A stretch of 64,000 nt of DNA from an uncultured Candidatus Saccharibacteria bacterium (GTDB lineage Bacteria; Patescibacteriota; Saccharimonadia; Saccharimonadales; CAYVSP01): the NCBI GenBank assembly GCA_964584265.1, contig CAZOZI010000004.1:1877-65876 (forward strand), in the 5' to 3' direction. Positions 25,600 through 34,018 of the stretch are shown piece by piece. Positions within the stretch are counted from its first letter, which is position 1, and each line of letters begins with the position of its first letter. The position numbers were made by a program, and so were the translations under genes. The notes beneath the pieces were generated by a model, which did not search any database, was not told where the DNA came from, and was given only the letters and a program-made list of their open reading frames with translations.

Positions 25600-26088
25600 A
25601 TGGCACGATCATTTAACCAAGCAATTTTAATGGGTAATCTTACCCGAGATCCTGAACTCAGGACCACGCCTAATGGGCAATCTGTGTGTTCTTTTAGCCT
25701 AGCGCTAAATCGCAGCTACAAGAGCAAAGATGGTGACTGGCAAGAAGTGACCGACTATGTCGATATCGTCGCCTGGGGGCCATTAGGTGAGCGTGTAGCG
25801 CAATATCTAACCAAAGGACGCCCAGCGCTCGTGAATGGTCGATTACAGTCCCGTAGCTGGGAACAGGACGGCCAAAAGCGCAATAAGGTAGAAGTGGTTG
25901 CCAGTGATGTAACTTTTCTAGGGGGTCGGGGCGATGGTAATAGCAGTGGGGGAGGTGAATTCGACCAATCTAAGCCAGATTCGCCCAGTGCCGAAAAGCC
26001 AAAACCCAGCAAAAAAGCTAAAGCTGATGATGTTGTGATAGAAGACATCGGCGATGAACCAATTAATTTAGACGATATACCGTTTTAA
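25600..26088 (+). CDS. ssb: single-stranded DNA-binding protein
   Basis: OB-fold N-terminus (NQAILMGNLTRDPELRTTPNG), Gly-rich linker, acidic tip DDIPF. AAGGAGG Shine-Dalgarno. Confidence 0.93.
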   Translation: MARSFNQAILMGNLTRDPELRTTPNGQSVCSFSLALNRSYKSKDGDWQEVTDYVDIVAWGPLGERVAQYLTKGRPALVNGRLQSRSWEQDGQKRNKVEVVASDVTFLGGRGDGNSSGGGEFDQSKPDSPSAEKPKPSKKAKADDVVIEDIGDEPINLDDIPF

Positions 26089-26097
26089 GGAGATATA

Positions 26098-26301
26098 ATG
26101 GCAAAGATTTTTAAATATAGAACAGACGTCCCGTTTTTCGACTATAAGGATTTTAAAACCTTGCAGCGCTACGTTAATGGCTACGGGCAGATTGAAACCC
26201 GTAAGAAAACAGGTCTAACTGAAAGCCAGCAACGTCGTTTGAGCGTGGCTATCAAACGCGCGCGACACATTGCACTCTTACCTTTTGTGGCAAACGGCTA
26301 G
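26098..26301 (+). CDS. rpsR: 30S ribosomal protein S18
   Basis: DYKDFKTLQRYVNGYGQIETRKKTGL and RRLSVAIKRARHIALLPF. Canonical rpsF-ssb-rpsR order. Confidence 0.93.
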   Translation: MAKIFKYRTDVPFFDYKDFKTLQRYVNGYGQIETRKKTGLTESQQRRLSVAIKRARHIALLPFVANG

Positions 26302-26307
26302 TATTTT

Positions 26308-26426
26308 TAGCCTATATTTCGCGAATTGCGGCGTCAGAACCTCCGCGCTTCGCTCACTGTACTGCTTACGGTACAGCTCGCTCCAGTACTCAGTTCTTCC
26401 TTGCACTTCATCGAAATGATAGGCTA
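26308..26426. repeat. P1 palindromic element, intergenic copy (rpsR-efp)
   Basis: 119-nt imperfect palindrome with termini TAGCCTAT-ATTTCG...CGAAAT-G-ATAGGCTA and core GCTCAC-TGTAC-N8-GTACA-GCTCGCT. Begins 7 nt after the rpsR stop. Confidence 0.75.
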
Positions 26427-26441
26427 AATTAGGAGATAATT

Positions 26442-27008
26442 ATGGCACTAGGTGTTACGGATTTAAAAAAAGGGCAGGTTTTCCAGCTTGAAGGTGTGCC
26501 TTACAGAGTGGTGGAATATGCACAAAAAGTTATGGGCCGTGGCGGAAGCATAGTAAACGTCAAAATTAAGAGCTTGCTAGACGGGCGAGTACTGGAAAAG
26601 ACCTTTAAGGGTAGTGAAACAATTCAAGCAGCTGATATTACTGCTAAAACCGTACAATATCTCTACTCTGATGGCACTAACTTCCACTTTATGGATGATA
26701 AAACCTATGAGCAGTTTCAGCTCCCAGCTCAAGATATGACCGACAAAAAAGGTTTTATGAAAGAAGGCGACGGAGTCCAGGCACAACTGTTCAATGGCCA
26801 AGTTATAAGTGTTGAGCTACCCAAAAACGTATCGCTCAAAGTAACTTACACCGAAGATGTGGTTAAGGGTGATACTAGCTCAGCCATTACTAAAAGTGCC
26901 GAAGTCGAAACTGGCATAAGCGTAAAAGTACCTGCCTTTATCAAAACGGGTGATATTATAAGCATTGATACAACTAACGGGGTTTATCGAGAGCGTATTA
27001 AGAGATAA
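26442..27008 (+). CDS. efp: elongation factor P
   Basis: Three-domain EF-P, 188 aa. The loop tip reads VMGRGGS (Arg at the position of E. coli Lys34). Confidence 0.9.
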   Translation: MALGVTDLKKGQVFQLEGVPYRVVEYAQKVMGRGGSIVNVKIKSLLDGRVLEKTFKGSETIQAADITAKTVQYLYSDGTNFHFMDDKTYEQFQLPAQDMTDKKGFMKEGDGVQAQLFNGQVISVELPKNVSLKVTYTEDVVKGDTSSAITKSAEVETGISVKVPAFIKTGDIISIDTTNGVYRERIKR

Positions 27009-27098
27009 ATCAGAATGCCCAAAGCATGATTACGGTATCGTATTGACCAAATAAGTGGTTTCTATTATTCTTGAGAATATAAGAAATTAAGGAATATA

Positions 27099-27377
27099 AT
27101 GCGTACAAAAAAAGAACCGTTAGCCCAAGCTGATGTTTTTAGGGGTTTGGCACATGAGCATAGAGTAGAGCTTTTGAAACTACTGGGTAAAAAGCCCTAT
27201 TTAACCTTAGATGAGATAGCAGATACACTTGACGTTAACTATAAAACAATTGCAGGCCACCTAAAACGAATGGAGCTAAGCGGCCTAGTGCATAAACAAC
27301 AGGAAGGATCAAGTGTTGAGCATTCATTAACAGCTAGAGGAACAAAGATCTTCCGTTTTTTAAAAGAAATCCGGTAA
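27099..27377 (+). CDS. ArsR-family winged-helix transcriptional regulator
   Basis: FRGLAHEHRVELLKLL...LTLDEIADTLDVNYKTIAGHLKRMELSGLV helix-turn-helix pattern. Confidence 0.75.
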   Translation: MRTKKEPLAQADVFRGLAHEHRVELLKLLGKKPYLTLDEIADTLDVNYKTIAGHLKRMELSGLVHKQQEGSSVEHSLTARGTKIFRFLKEIR

Positions 27378-27378
27378 T

Positions 27379-28095
27379 ATGACTAAGATTAGGCTTGCCC
27401 AATTACTCACGCAGCGTAACTTAGCCTCAACTCATAGCCAAGCCGAAAATTATATTAAACTTGGCTTGGTAAAAGTTAATGGCAAGATCATAAATAAAAA
27501 TGGATTTTTGGTTTCTAAAAATGTTGAGACTGTACTTTTAACAGGGGAGAATTACGTTTCTCGCGCAGCCCTTAAGTTAAACTCTGTCGCCGACAAACTA
27601 AAAATTGATTTTCGTGGCAAGGTCACTTTGGACGTTGGTTCCAGCACTGGTGGATTTAGTGATTTTGCCCTGCAACATGGTGCCAACAAGGTAATTGCGG
27701 TTGATGTGGGCACCAATCAAATGCATCCCAGTCTAAGAACAGATCCTCGAATTGAACTACATGAGCAAGCAGACATACGGGAGCTAAAATTATCTATAGT
27801 TCCCGATATAGTTTTAATTGATGTTTCGTTTATCAGTCTACGTGAAGTGCTGCCAACCGTCGCTAAATTAAGTGATTCTGCAACTATGATAATCGCTATG
27901 GTAAAGCCTCAATTTGAAGCTGATGATAGTCAAAAAAGTAAAGGCATAATAAAGAATGAAAAGATGCGTAGAAATATCTTTCAACAGATTGAAACCTGGA
28001 TACAAAAGTTGTTCGTTATTGTTGATAAAGCAGACTCTGAAATAACCGGCCAGAAGGGCAATAAAGAGCGGTTTTACAAACTCAAACTATTGTAG
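27379..28095 (+). CDS. tlyA: TlyA-family rRNA 2'-O-methyltransferase
   Basis: N-terminal S4 domain, FtsJ-like SAM motif LDVGSSTGGFSDF. Confidence 0.85.
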   Translation: MTKIRLAQLLTQRNLASTHSQAENYIKLGLVKVNGKIINKNGFLVSKNVETVLLTGENYVSRAALKLNSVADKLKIDFRGKVTLDVGSSTGGFSDFALQHGANKVIAVDVGTNQMHPSLRTDPRIELHEQADIRELKLSIVPDIVLIDVSFISLREVLPTVAKLSDSATMIIAMVKPQFEADDSQKSKGIIKNEKMRRNIFQQIETWIQKLFVIVDKADSEITGQKGNKERFYKLKLL

Positions 28096-28737
28096 GAACT
28101 TCCTTAGTCGCGTTTCGTCTTTGAGAATTACGTATTGAGGGTGTGTTTTAATAAGGCCCTTTTTCTCCAGTGCTGATAATTCACGGCTGGTAGTCTCGCG
28201 GGAAGCATTGATGGAACTGGCGACATCTTGTTGTCTTAGAGGTACGTCAACTTTAATGCCGGCCTCATCTTTTACGCCGAAGCGCTGAGATAGGAATAGC
28301 ATAAAAGAAATCAATCTTTCGCGAACAGTGCGATACTCTAGATTAATAATACGCTCAGAATGAATACGATACATCTCAATAGTCATATCAATCAATGGCA
28401 TAAGCGCATCCGGATGTTCCCTTAAGTATTGTGTGTAGGCACGGCGACTTAAGCGCCAAACTTCGGTAGGGGCGAGTGCTTGGTAAATAATGTTGCGCTC
28501 TTGACCCGTTACTGCCCAGATGAGTGGGAAAATCTCGCGATCTTTTCGGATAATAAGCAGGTTTTCTTCACCGTATTTAGTAATGTCGAACGCTTTTACT
28601 AATCCGTGCTCTATATAAAAAACGCCCGAGGGAGTTTCCCCAGGGCGAATAATAAACTCACCTTTGTCGTAAGTTAGCCGTGTGCCACGCTGAAATGTGT
28701 CAACCAGCGCGGCAAATTGCGCGGAGGTAGCCAACAT
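28087..28737 (-). CDS. Crp/Fnr-family transcriptional regulator
   Basis: cNMP-binding beta-barrel (GEFIIRPGETPSGVFYIEHGLVK) and C-terminal HTH (QQDVASSINASRETTSRELSALEKKGLI). Start ATG 28737 or 28755. Confidence 0.85.
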   Translation of the reverse strand: MLATSAQFAALVDTFQRGTRLTYDKGEFIIRPGETPSGVFYIEHGLVKAFDITKYGEENLLIIRKDREIFPLIWAVTGQERNIIYQALAPTEVWRLSRRAYTQYLREHPDALMPLIDMTIEMYRIHSERIINLEYRTVRERLISFMLFLSQRFGVKDEAGIKVDVPLRQQDVASSINASRETTSRELSALEKKGLIKTHPQYVILKDETRLRKFLQ

Positions 28738-28864
28738 GTATATATTATGCCACAACTTAAGAAAAACGGTGTGATAAAAATCTCAGTGTGTTTGTGATGG
28801 AAGTTACCGACAATCTATTCAAAAGAGTTTATTGTTGAAGCATGAGATAAAGGGAGGAACTACT

Positions 28865-29527
28865 ATGGTACCAGCGCCAGAAGTTAAGAAACAACTTAAG
28901 CGCATCGGTGCCGATTTTCGGTTCTGGGGCCTCCCGGAGTTGCGCGAGCTTCCTAAGATACTTTTTGATAATGAACAGATTGAACACGTTGTAAATGGCC
29001 GTTATAGCGGCGGTTTTGCAACGTTGTGTGTAACTAATATAAGAGTGCTGTTAATTGATAAAAAACCGCTGTTTCTCACGCTTGAGGATGTACGCTACGA
29101 TATGGTCTCCGACGTAATGTTCAACCATCGTTTGATAAACGCTAGCATAATTATTGGCACAGTTCACAACTCAATAACTTTTATGGGTTTTAATAAAACC
29201 AAGTTTCGCGACATGACAAACTACATTCAGCAAAGAGTCATGGAATATCGTCGCCATCAGGCTATGCATCAGCTGAATGGGGAAACTGCGATAGTCGAGC
29301 CTCAGCTTGAAGCATATCAGCCGCAACCATTTACAGAACCTGTATTTCAGCAGCAAACAACACCTACTGTGCGGGCTGAAGCCGTAAACTACCAACCTAC
29401 GAGCGTTGGGAGCATCGCAACAGCGGCTGCCTCAGCCGCAACTAATCCGTCAGTAGTGCAGCAGTTACCGATAAACCCCTATAAGATGCCTATTATGATC
29501 AGGCGTCGATCTGCACGCTTCTATTAG
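28865..29527 (+). CDS. bacterial PH-domain (YokE-like) protein
   Basis: LPKILFDNEQIEHVVNGRYSGGFATLCVTNIRVLLIDK matches the bacterial PH-domain pattern. Start supported by AAGGGAGGA 8 nt upstream. Confidence 0.6.
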   Translation: MVPAPEVKKQLKRIGADFRFWGLPELRELPKILFDNEQIEHVVNGRYSGGFATLCVTNIRVLLIDKKPLFLTLEDVRYDMVSDVMFNHRLINASIIIGTVHNSITFMGFNKTKFRDMTNYIQQRVMEYRRHQAMHQLNGETAIVEPQLEAYQPQPFTEPVFQQQTTPTVRAEAVNYQPTSVGSIATAAASAATNPSVVQQLPINPYKMPIMIRRRSARFY

Positions 29528-29591
29528 ATCAAAAACTTGGTTTGCATGGGTCGATGTGATGATACTTTAGCCGTGTTAAACTTGTGGCAGT

Positions 29592-30263
29592 ATGTATTTT
29601 GATAGTCGAGCTGATGCTGGTAGGCAACTGGCAGGGCGCCTTTCGAGCTATGCTAATCAAAACACAGCCGTAGTGGCTCTTAATGAAGGTGGTGTAATTG
29701 TTGGCGCCCAGATTGCAATAGCTATTCACGCCAATCTTATGTTGCTGGCCAGTGCCGATATTACATTGCCAGGAGAAACCGATCCAATTGCTGGCATGAC
29801 CGCTGGAGCACCGCTTACTTATAATCCTGCGTTATCCGAAGGCGAAGTTGAGGAAATGACGGGAGAGTACCATAACTACATAGAAAGCCAACGTCTCGAG
29901 AGGTTTCACAAACTAAACACGCTTATCGGCAGAGAAGGGACTATCAAGCGTGATCTACTTAAAAGACGCGTTGTGATCTTAGTGGCGGACGGCTTGCCGG
30001 ACGCCTTTTTGCTGGATCTAGCAGCCGATTTTCTTAAGTCGGTCAAGCTTAAAAAACTGGTTATGGCAGTTCCTATTGCCAGCGTGCCAGCAGTTGACCG
30101 CATGCATCTATTGGCTGATGAACTACACGTGCTAAGTGTGCTGGAGAGCTATTTAAATACTGACCATTACTACGAAGATAATACAATGCCAAATCAGGAT
30201 GGACTTTTTAAGATTATGCAGGACATATCCCTGGAGTGGGACACTAAGCCCAAAGCAAAATAG
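29592..30263 (+). CDS. phosphoribosyltransferase-fold protein (COG1926-like)
   Basis: FDSRADAGRQLAGRL N-terminus, VVALNEGGVIVG and VVILVADGLPDA PRTase-type motifs. Confidence 0.65.
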   Translation: MYFDSRADAGRQLAGRLSSYANQNTAVVALNEGGVIVGAQIAIAIHANLMLLASADITLPGETDPIAGMTAGAPLTYNPALSEGEVEEMTGEYHNYIESQRLERFHKLNTLIGREGTIKRDLLKRRVVILVADGLPDAFLLDLAADFLKSVKLKKLVMAVPIASVPAVDRMHLLADELHVLSVLESYLNTDHYYEDNTMPNQDGLFKIMQDISLEWDTKPKAK

Positions 30264-30390
30264 TAAAGCACTTGCACCTCTTCTTGCTTGTGCTAACATA
30301 AGAAGTGCCGTTCCTTAAATAAAACGCTTAAAAAATGGAAACCACTTCAAAAAACGTGTGAAGGTGGGTTCCTAAAAACCAAAAGCAAAA

Positions 30391-31329
30391 ATGCAAAATG
30401 TAAATGCGTGGCTATGGCCACGCCGTTACTACGTATATTCCAAAAAGATGCCTCGTATTCAGCCGGGGCCGTTTGTAGTTGCAGTAATGGGTGGTGTGAT
30501 TATCCTAAGTTTGGGTATGTTAGTTCGTGCCCGAGTAATGCCACAGGCTTTGTCGCCTGCTCAGGCAAAATTAGTTGCACTACCAACTATTCCTGAAACC
30601 GAAAAAACGTCAGCACAAACACCTCCTACGATTGAGCCGGTTTCTAGTTATATTGGCCTTCAGCAACCTGTTAATAATTGGATTAATGCTCATAAAAGTG
30701 TGCAATGGGGAGTTGACTTGCAAGATGTTGCTAATCCGATCAATCAGTTGAGCATTAATGCCGGCGAAAGTTTTGAGGGTGCAAGCATATATAAATTGTT
30801 TTTGACGATTCCACTTGCTGCCAGACTGCCTTTTAGTTCTTGGCGTTCTCAATACGTTTGGAGTGAGCAAGGGCGTCGTACCTATGCAGATTGCGTGCAA
30901 GCTATGCTGTCTGTTTCAGATAACCCTTGTGGAGTTGCAGTCGGTAGTTATTTGGGCTGGGCTCGGGTTAGCCAAAGTCTTCATAGTCAAGGTTTCGGTA
31001 ACACATCGCTGCTCAATAGCCCCATTACTACCACGGCAGCAGATACGGCTAGTTATCTGGTAGGCCTTCAGCAAGGCAAATGGTTTGATGCTCAAACACG
31101 GACATTTATCCTTGCTAGTTTAGCTCAACAGCGTTTTCGATCAGGCATTCCCCAAGGTTGCAGCGGCTGCACCGTCTTAAATAAAACTGGCCAGCTTGAT
31201 GGCTATACTCACGACGCAGCCATAATCCAAAAAGGTACCCACGTCTATGTACTCGCAATTTTTTCTAAAGGTGGCAGTTATGAACAGATTGCGCAGCTAA
31301 GCCAACTTATTAATTCGCAAATACATTAA
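30391..31329 (+). CDS. membrane-anchored serine hydrolase, class A beta-lactamase/PBP-like
   Basis: SxxK (ASIYK), SDN (SVSDNP) and KTG (NKTGQ) motifs in the right order. N-terminal TM. Start 30391 or ATG 30448. Confidence 0.7.
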   Translation: MQNVNAWLWPRRYYVYSKKMPRIQPGPFVVAVMGGVIILSLGMLVRARVMPQALSPAQAKLVALPTIPETEKTSAQTPPTIEPVSSYIGLQQPVNNWINAHKSVQWGVDLQDVANPINQLSINAGESFEGASIYKLFLTIPLAARLPFSSWRSQYVWSEQGRRTYADCVQAMLSVSDNPCGVAVGSYLGWARVSQSLHSQGFGNTSLLNSPITTTAADTASYLVGLQQGKWFDAQTRTFILASLAQQRFRSGIPQGCSGCTVLNKTGQLDGYTHDAAIIQKGTHVYVLAIFSKGGSYEQIAQLSQLINSQIH

Positions 31330-31351
31330 ATATTTAGCTACAGAGTTCCGT

Positions 31352-31489
31352 AGCGTTCTTCGAACGCTTCATGCAACTACCTTTCTTTGGTTGCAAAGAA
31401 AGGTAGTAAAGAAACAACAGGCGACGAGAATACACAACTGTTCGCAGATACCAGTTACGGCCGTGTGCCAAAGGACTCCCTTCGGTCGG
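31352..31489 (+). repeat. composite 3'-flank element, left modules (ORF-less copy)
   Basis: AGCGTTC-ttc-GAACGCT hairpin (31352..31368), 13-bp hairpin CTACCTTTCTTTG-gttg-CAAAGAAAGGTAG (31377..31406), box AAACAACAGGCGAC, box GGCCGTGTGCCAAAGGACTCCCTTCGGTCGG. Confidence 0.65.
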
Positions 31490-31600
31490 TCTGGCTCTTT
31501 TTTCATGAATCGAGCCAGACTGTCTTTGTCCCAATGACTCGGCCTAACCTGATTGTTCACAATCGGTTTTCTCGAGCCTGGCTAAATCAGGCTCTAGGAA

Positions 31601-31785
31601 CATCTGACTAGATGCTGTAAGAAATAGGCGCCCGTGGGTGCGAGGACTGCTTGACGAGATTTTTAGCCAGTGGCTAAAAATTGAGGAGTTCCGCAGCAAG
31701 CCTGTTTATTACAGCAGATAGATCAAATGTGACGAATGCCTGTCGTTTTTTGGGTTCTGTTTTTGTCGACACAAAAATGGAACAT
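31601..31785 (+). repeat. composite element, right module (ORF-less copy)
   Basis: Closing helix AATAGGC/GCCTGTT and internal hairpin ATTTTTAG-CCAGTGG-CTAAAAAT. Ends with an inverted copy (31738..31785) of the 9541..9589 hairpin block. Confidence 0.65.
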
Positions 31786-31808
31786 GTTTGGTTATTTGAA
31801 AAATAACA

Positions 31809-32921
31809 CTATACGTTGAACCTAAACTCCACCACATCATTGGGCTGCATGATATAGGTTTTGCCTTCGGTGCGGACCTTGCCGACAGCTCTAGCAGCAG
31901 CCAACGAACCATTCGTAACTAAATCGTTATAATCAATTATTTCAGCCGCAATAAAGCCACGTTCAAAATCGCCGTGTATAACACCAGCCGCCTCGGGCGC
32001 AGTTGCGCCCTTGGTAATAGTCCAAGCGCGCACTTCTTTTTCACCAGCGGTAAGATAACTTTGTAGTTCCAACATGTCATAGGCAGCGTGGATTAGTTGG
32101 ATCAACCCGGATTCCTTTTGGCCGTAGCTATCAAGTAGTTCTTGGCGATCAATTTCATCCAGACCTCTTAATTCGCTTTCTAATTTGGCGCAGACAAAAA
32201 GAGCTTTTGCAGGCTCAACATGCTTGTGCAAGGATTCCTTGCTAGCTTCGTCGCTAAGAGCCTTTTCATCTACGTTAAAAAGATAAATGATTGGTTTAGC
32301 TGTCAGCAACTGAAGACTGCGAAAATATTCACCTTCGCCACTTTGCATTCTAATATTCTCGAGAATATTAGAATGATACAATGGCTTATTTGATTGAAGG
32401 AGTTGATGTATTTCTTTTAGAAGAGTGAGAGATGGCTTAAGCTTGGGCTCAGCTTTGGCCTCTTTTTGAAGTACTAGTAGTCGTTTCTCAACAGTTTGTA
32501 GATCGGCTAGCACCAACTCGGTGTTGATTACTTCGATGTCTTTTTTTGGGTCGTTCCGCTGGCCAGCGGATTCATCTACATGCTGTACGTTTGGATCCTT
32601 AAAGGCGCGCACTACCTGTACGATGGCATTGCAGCTGCGGATATGGCTTAAGAATTGGTTGCCCAACCCTTCACCCTGGCTTGCACCAGCTACAAGTCCA
32701 GCAATATCCACAAATGTAACCGTGGCAGGCTTAATGGGTACATTGCCATACATTTCACTAAGTTTTTGCAGACGTTCATCTGGAATGGGGACGATACCGG
32801 TATTAGGTTCAATGGTGGCGAAAGGATAATTGGCTGCCAAAATATTATTATCGGTCAGCGCATTGAATAAGGTGGACTTACCGACGTTCGGCAGCCCGAC
32901 AATCCCAATTGATAAAGACAT
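31809..32921 (-). CDS. ychF: redox-regulated ATPase YchF
   Basis: GIVGLPNVGKSTLFNALT P-loop, TGS C-terminal domain. TGTTACAAT -10 lies 6 nt before the ATG. Confidence 0.93.
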   Translation of the reverse strand: MSLSIGIVGLPNVGKSTLFNALTDNNILAANYPFATIEPNTGIVPIPDERLQKLSEMYGNVPIKPATVTFVDIAGLVAGASQGEGLGNQFLSHIRSCNAIVQVVRAFKDPNVQHVDESAGQRNDPKKDIEVINTELVLADLQTVEKRLLVLQKEAKAEPKLKPSLTLLKEIHQLLQSNKPLYHSNILENIRMQSGEGEYFRSLQLLTAKPIIYLFNVDEKALSDEASKESLHKHVEPAKALFVCAKLESELRGLDEIDRQELLDSYGQKESGLIQLIHAAYDMLELQSYLTAGEKEVRAWTITKGATAPEAAGVIHGDFERGFIAAEIIDYNDLVTNGSLAAARAVGKVRTEGKTYIMQPNDVVEFRFNV

Positions 32922-32985
32922 GCGTTTATTGTAACAGATATGAGATATTGCAAAAAAGTATAAAAAGTGCTATATTATATAAGTA

Positions 32986-33981
32986 ATGCATGGTGTTTTT
33001 GAGAGTCTTAATTCAAGAGATTTGGCTGGAGCGACTGCCGAACAAAAATGGCGCATTTTTAAAGCTGAACATTTAAGGATTGGTCACTTATTTACTCGGG
33101 CTGCTGTCTGGGCTGAACTAAGGGAAGCCGACGGCTGGATGGACGAAGGACCAATGGCGGCAGTAGCGCCAATGGAACTACTCGATTTATATTCACGGAT
33201 TGAAGGAGTTCAATCTTCTTCAGAGCACTACGCTATACTAGCTGAACCAGTTCCCGAAAAAGCTCAAGCCATGGCCGACAGGCCACTGGTTTGGTTTGAT
33301 ATCATTCATGGTCTAACTGCGCCACATGTTATTAAAAGCGTTGGTCAAGCTGCTCATGAATTAGCAATGCAAAACGCACAATTATGGCATAGGGCCCTAG
33401 ACATAGGTACGGGAACCGGCAATCAAGCTGCCGTCTTGTTGGGTCAAACAGAAGTTCCCCGCAGTGTCGAGAATTTAACGACCATTGATAGAGAAATGCC
33501 CTTACTAGCTATAGCCAGCAATCGTTATCCGGAAGCACAGCATGTCCAAGGTGATGCTCTGGTTTTGCCCTTTCCAGATGCAAGTTTTGATTTAATCACG
33601 AGCGGCGGGCTGGCTTATGGTTTGGAATATGACGACCAAACGACATTTTTTAGTGAAGTATCACGGCTATTAAAACCCGGTGGCGTGTATCTCGACGGCG
33701 ATTATTGCAACCCTTATTCGCATCCCGATTTTCTCGGCTCTGGTCCCAAATATGATATAGAGCATTCTATCGCAATGCACATAGCCCCAACCGAAATTGC
33801 TCCACCAAAATACTGGAAGTCATTATCAGAAAAATTTGGTATTGAGGTCAAATTATATGAACCAGACGACTTTCCTCCTGAATTTGGTTTGCAGCACTCT
33901 GAGCGCGAATATCGCGGCGAGCGGCCTAATGAAATTACAGATGTTCGTGTTCTTTCAAAGGGATTAGCCGACGTAAGCTAG
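32986..33981 (+). CDS. class I SAM-dependent methyltransferase with unknown N-terminal domain
   Basis: LDIGTGTGNQA motif I and GDALVLPFPDASFDLI. The N-terminal ~130 aa are unassigned. Confidence 0.7.
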   Translation: MHGVFESLNSRDLAGATAEQKWRIFKAEHLRIGHLFTRAAVWAELREADGWMDEGPMAAVAPMELLDLYSRIEGVQSSSEHYAILAEPVPEKAQAMADRPLVWFDIIHGLTAPHVIKSVGQAAHELAMQNAQLWHRALDIGTGTGNQAAVLLGQTEVPRSVENLTTIDREMPLLAIASNRYPEAQHVQGDALVLPFPDASFDLITSGGLAYGLEYDDQTTFFSEVSRLLKPGGVYLDGDYCNPYSHPDFLGSGPKYDIEHSIAMHIAPTEIAPPKYWKSLSEKFGIEVKLYEPDDFPPEFGLQHSEREYRGERPNEITDVRVLSKGLADVS

Positions 33982-34018
33982 TACTATATTTAACTGCCTC
34001 ATCTGTTATATTAAAACT

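Noticed and set aside
25299-25616. 105-aa ORF bridging the rpsF 3' end and the ssb start
   Set aside because: It is out of frame with and overlaps two well-supported genes, with no independent signals.
31334-31912. Four overlapping 62-74-aa ORFs on both strands between the bla-like gene and ychF
   Set aside because: They overlap one another and the repeat modules. 31709..31912 also overlaps the ychF 3' end. There are no ribosome-binding sites and no protein-like composition.
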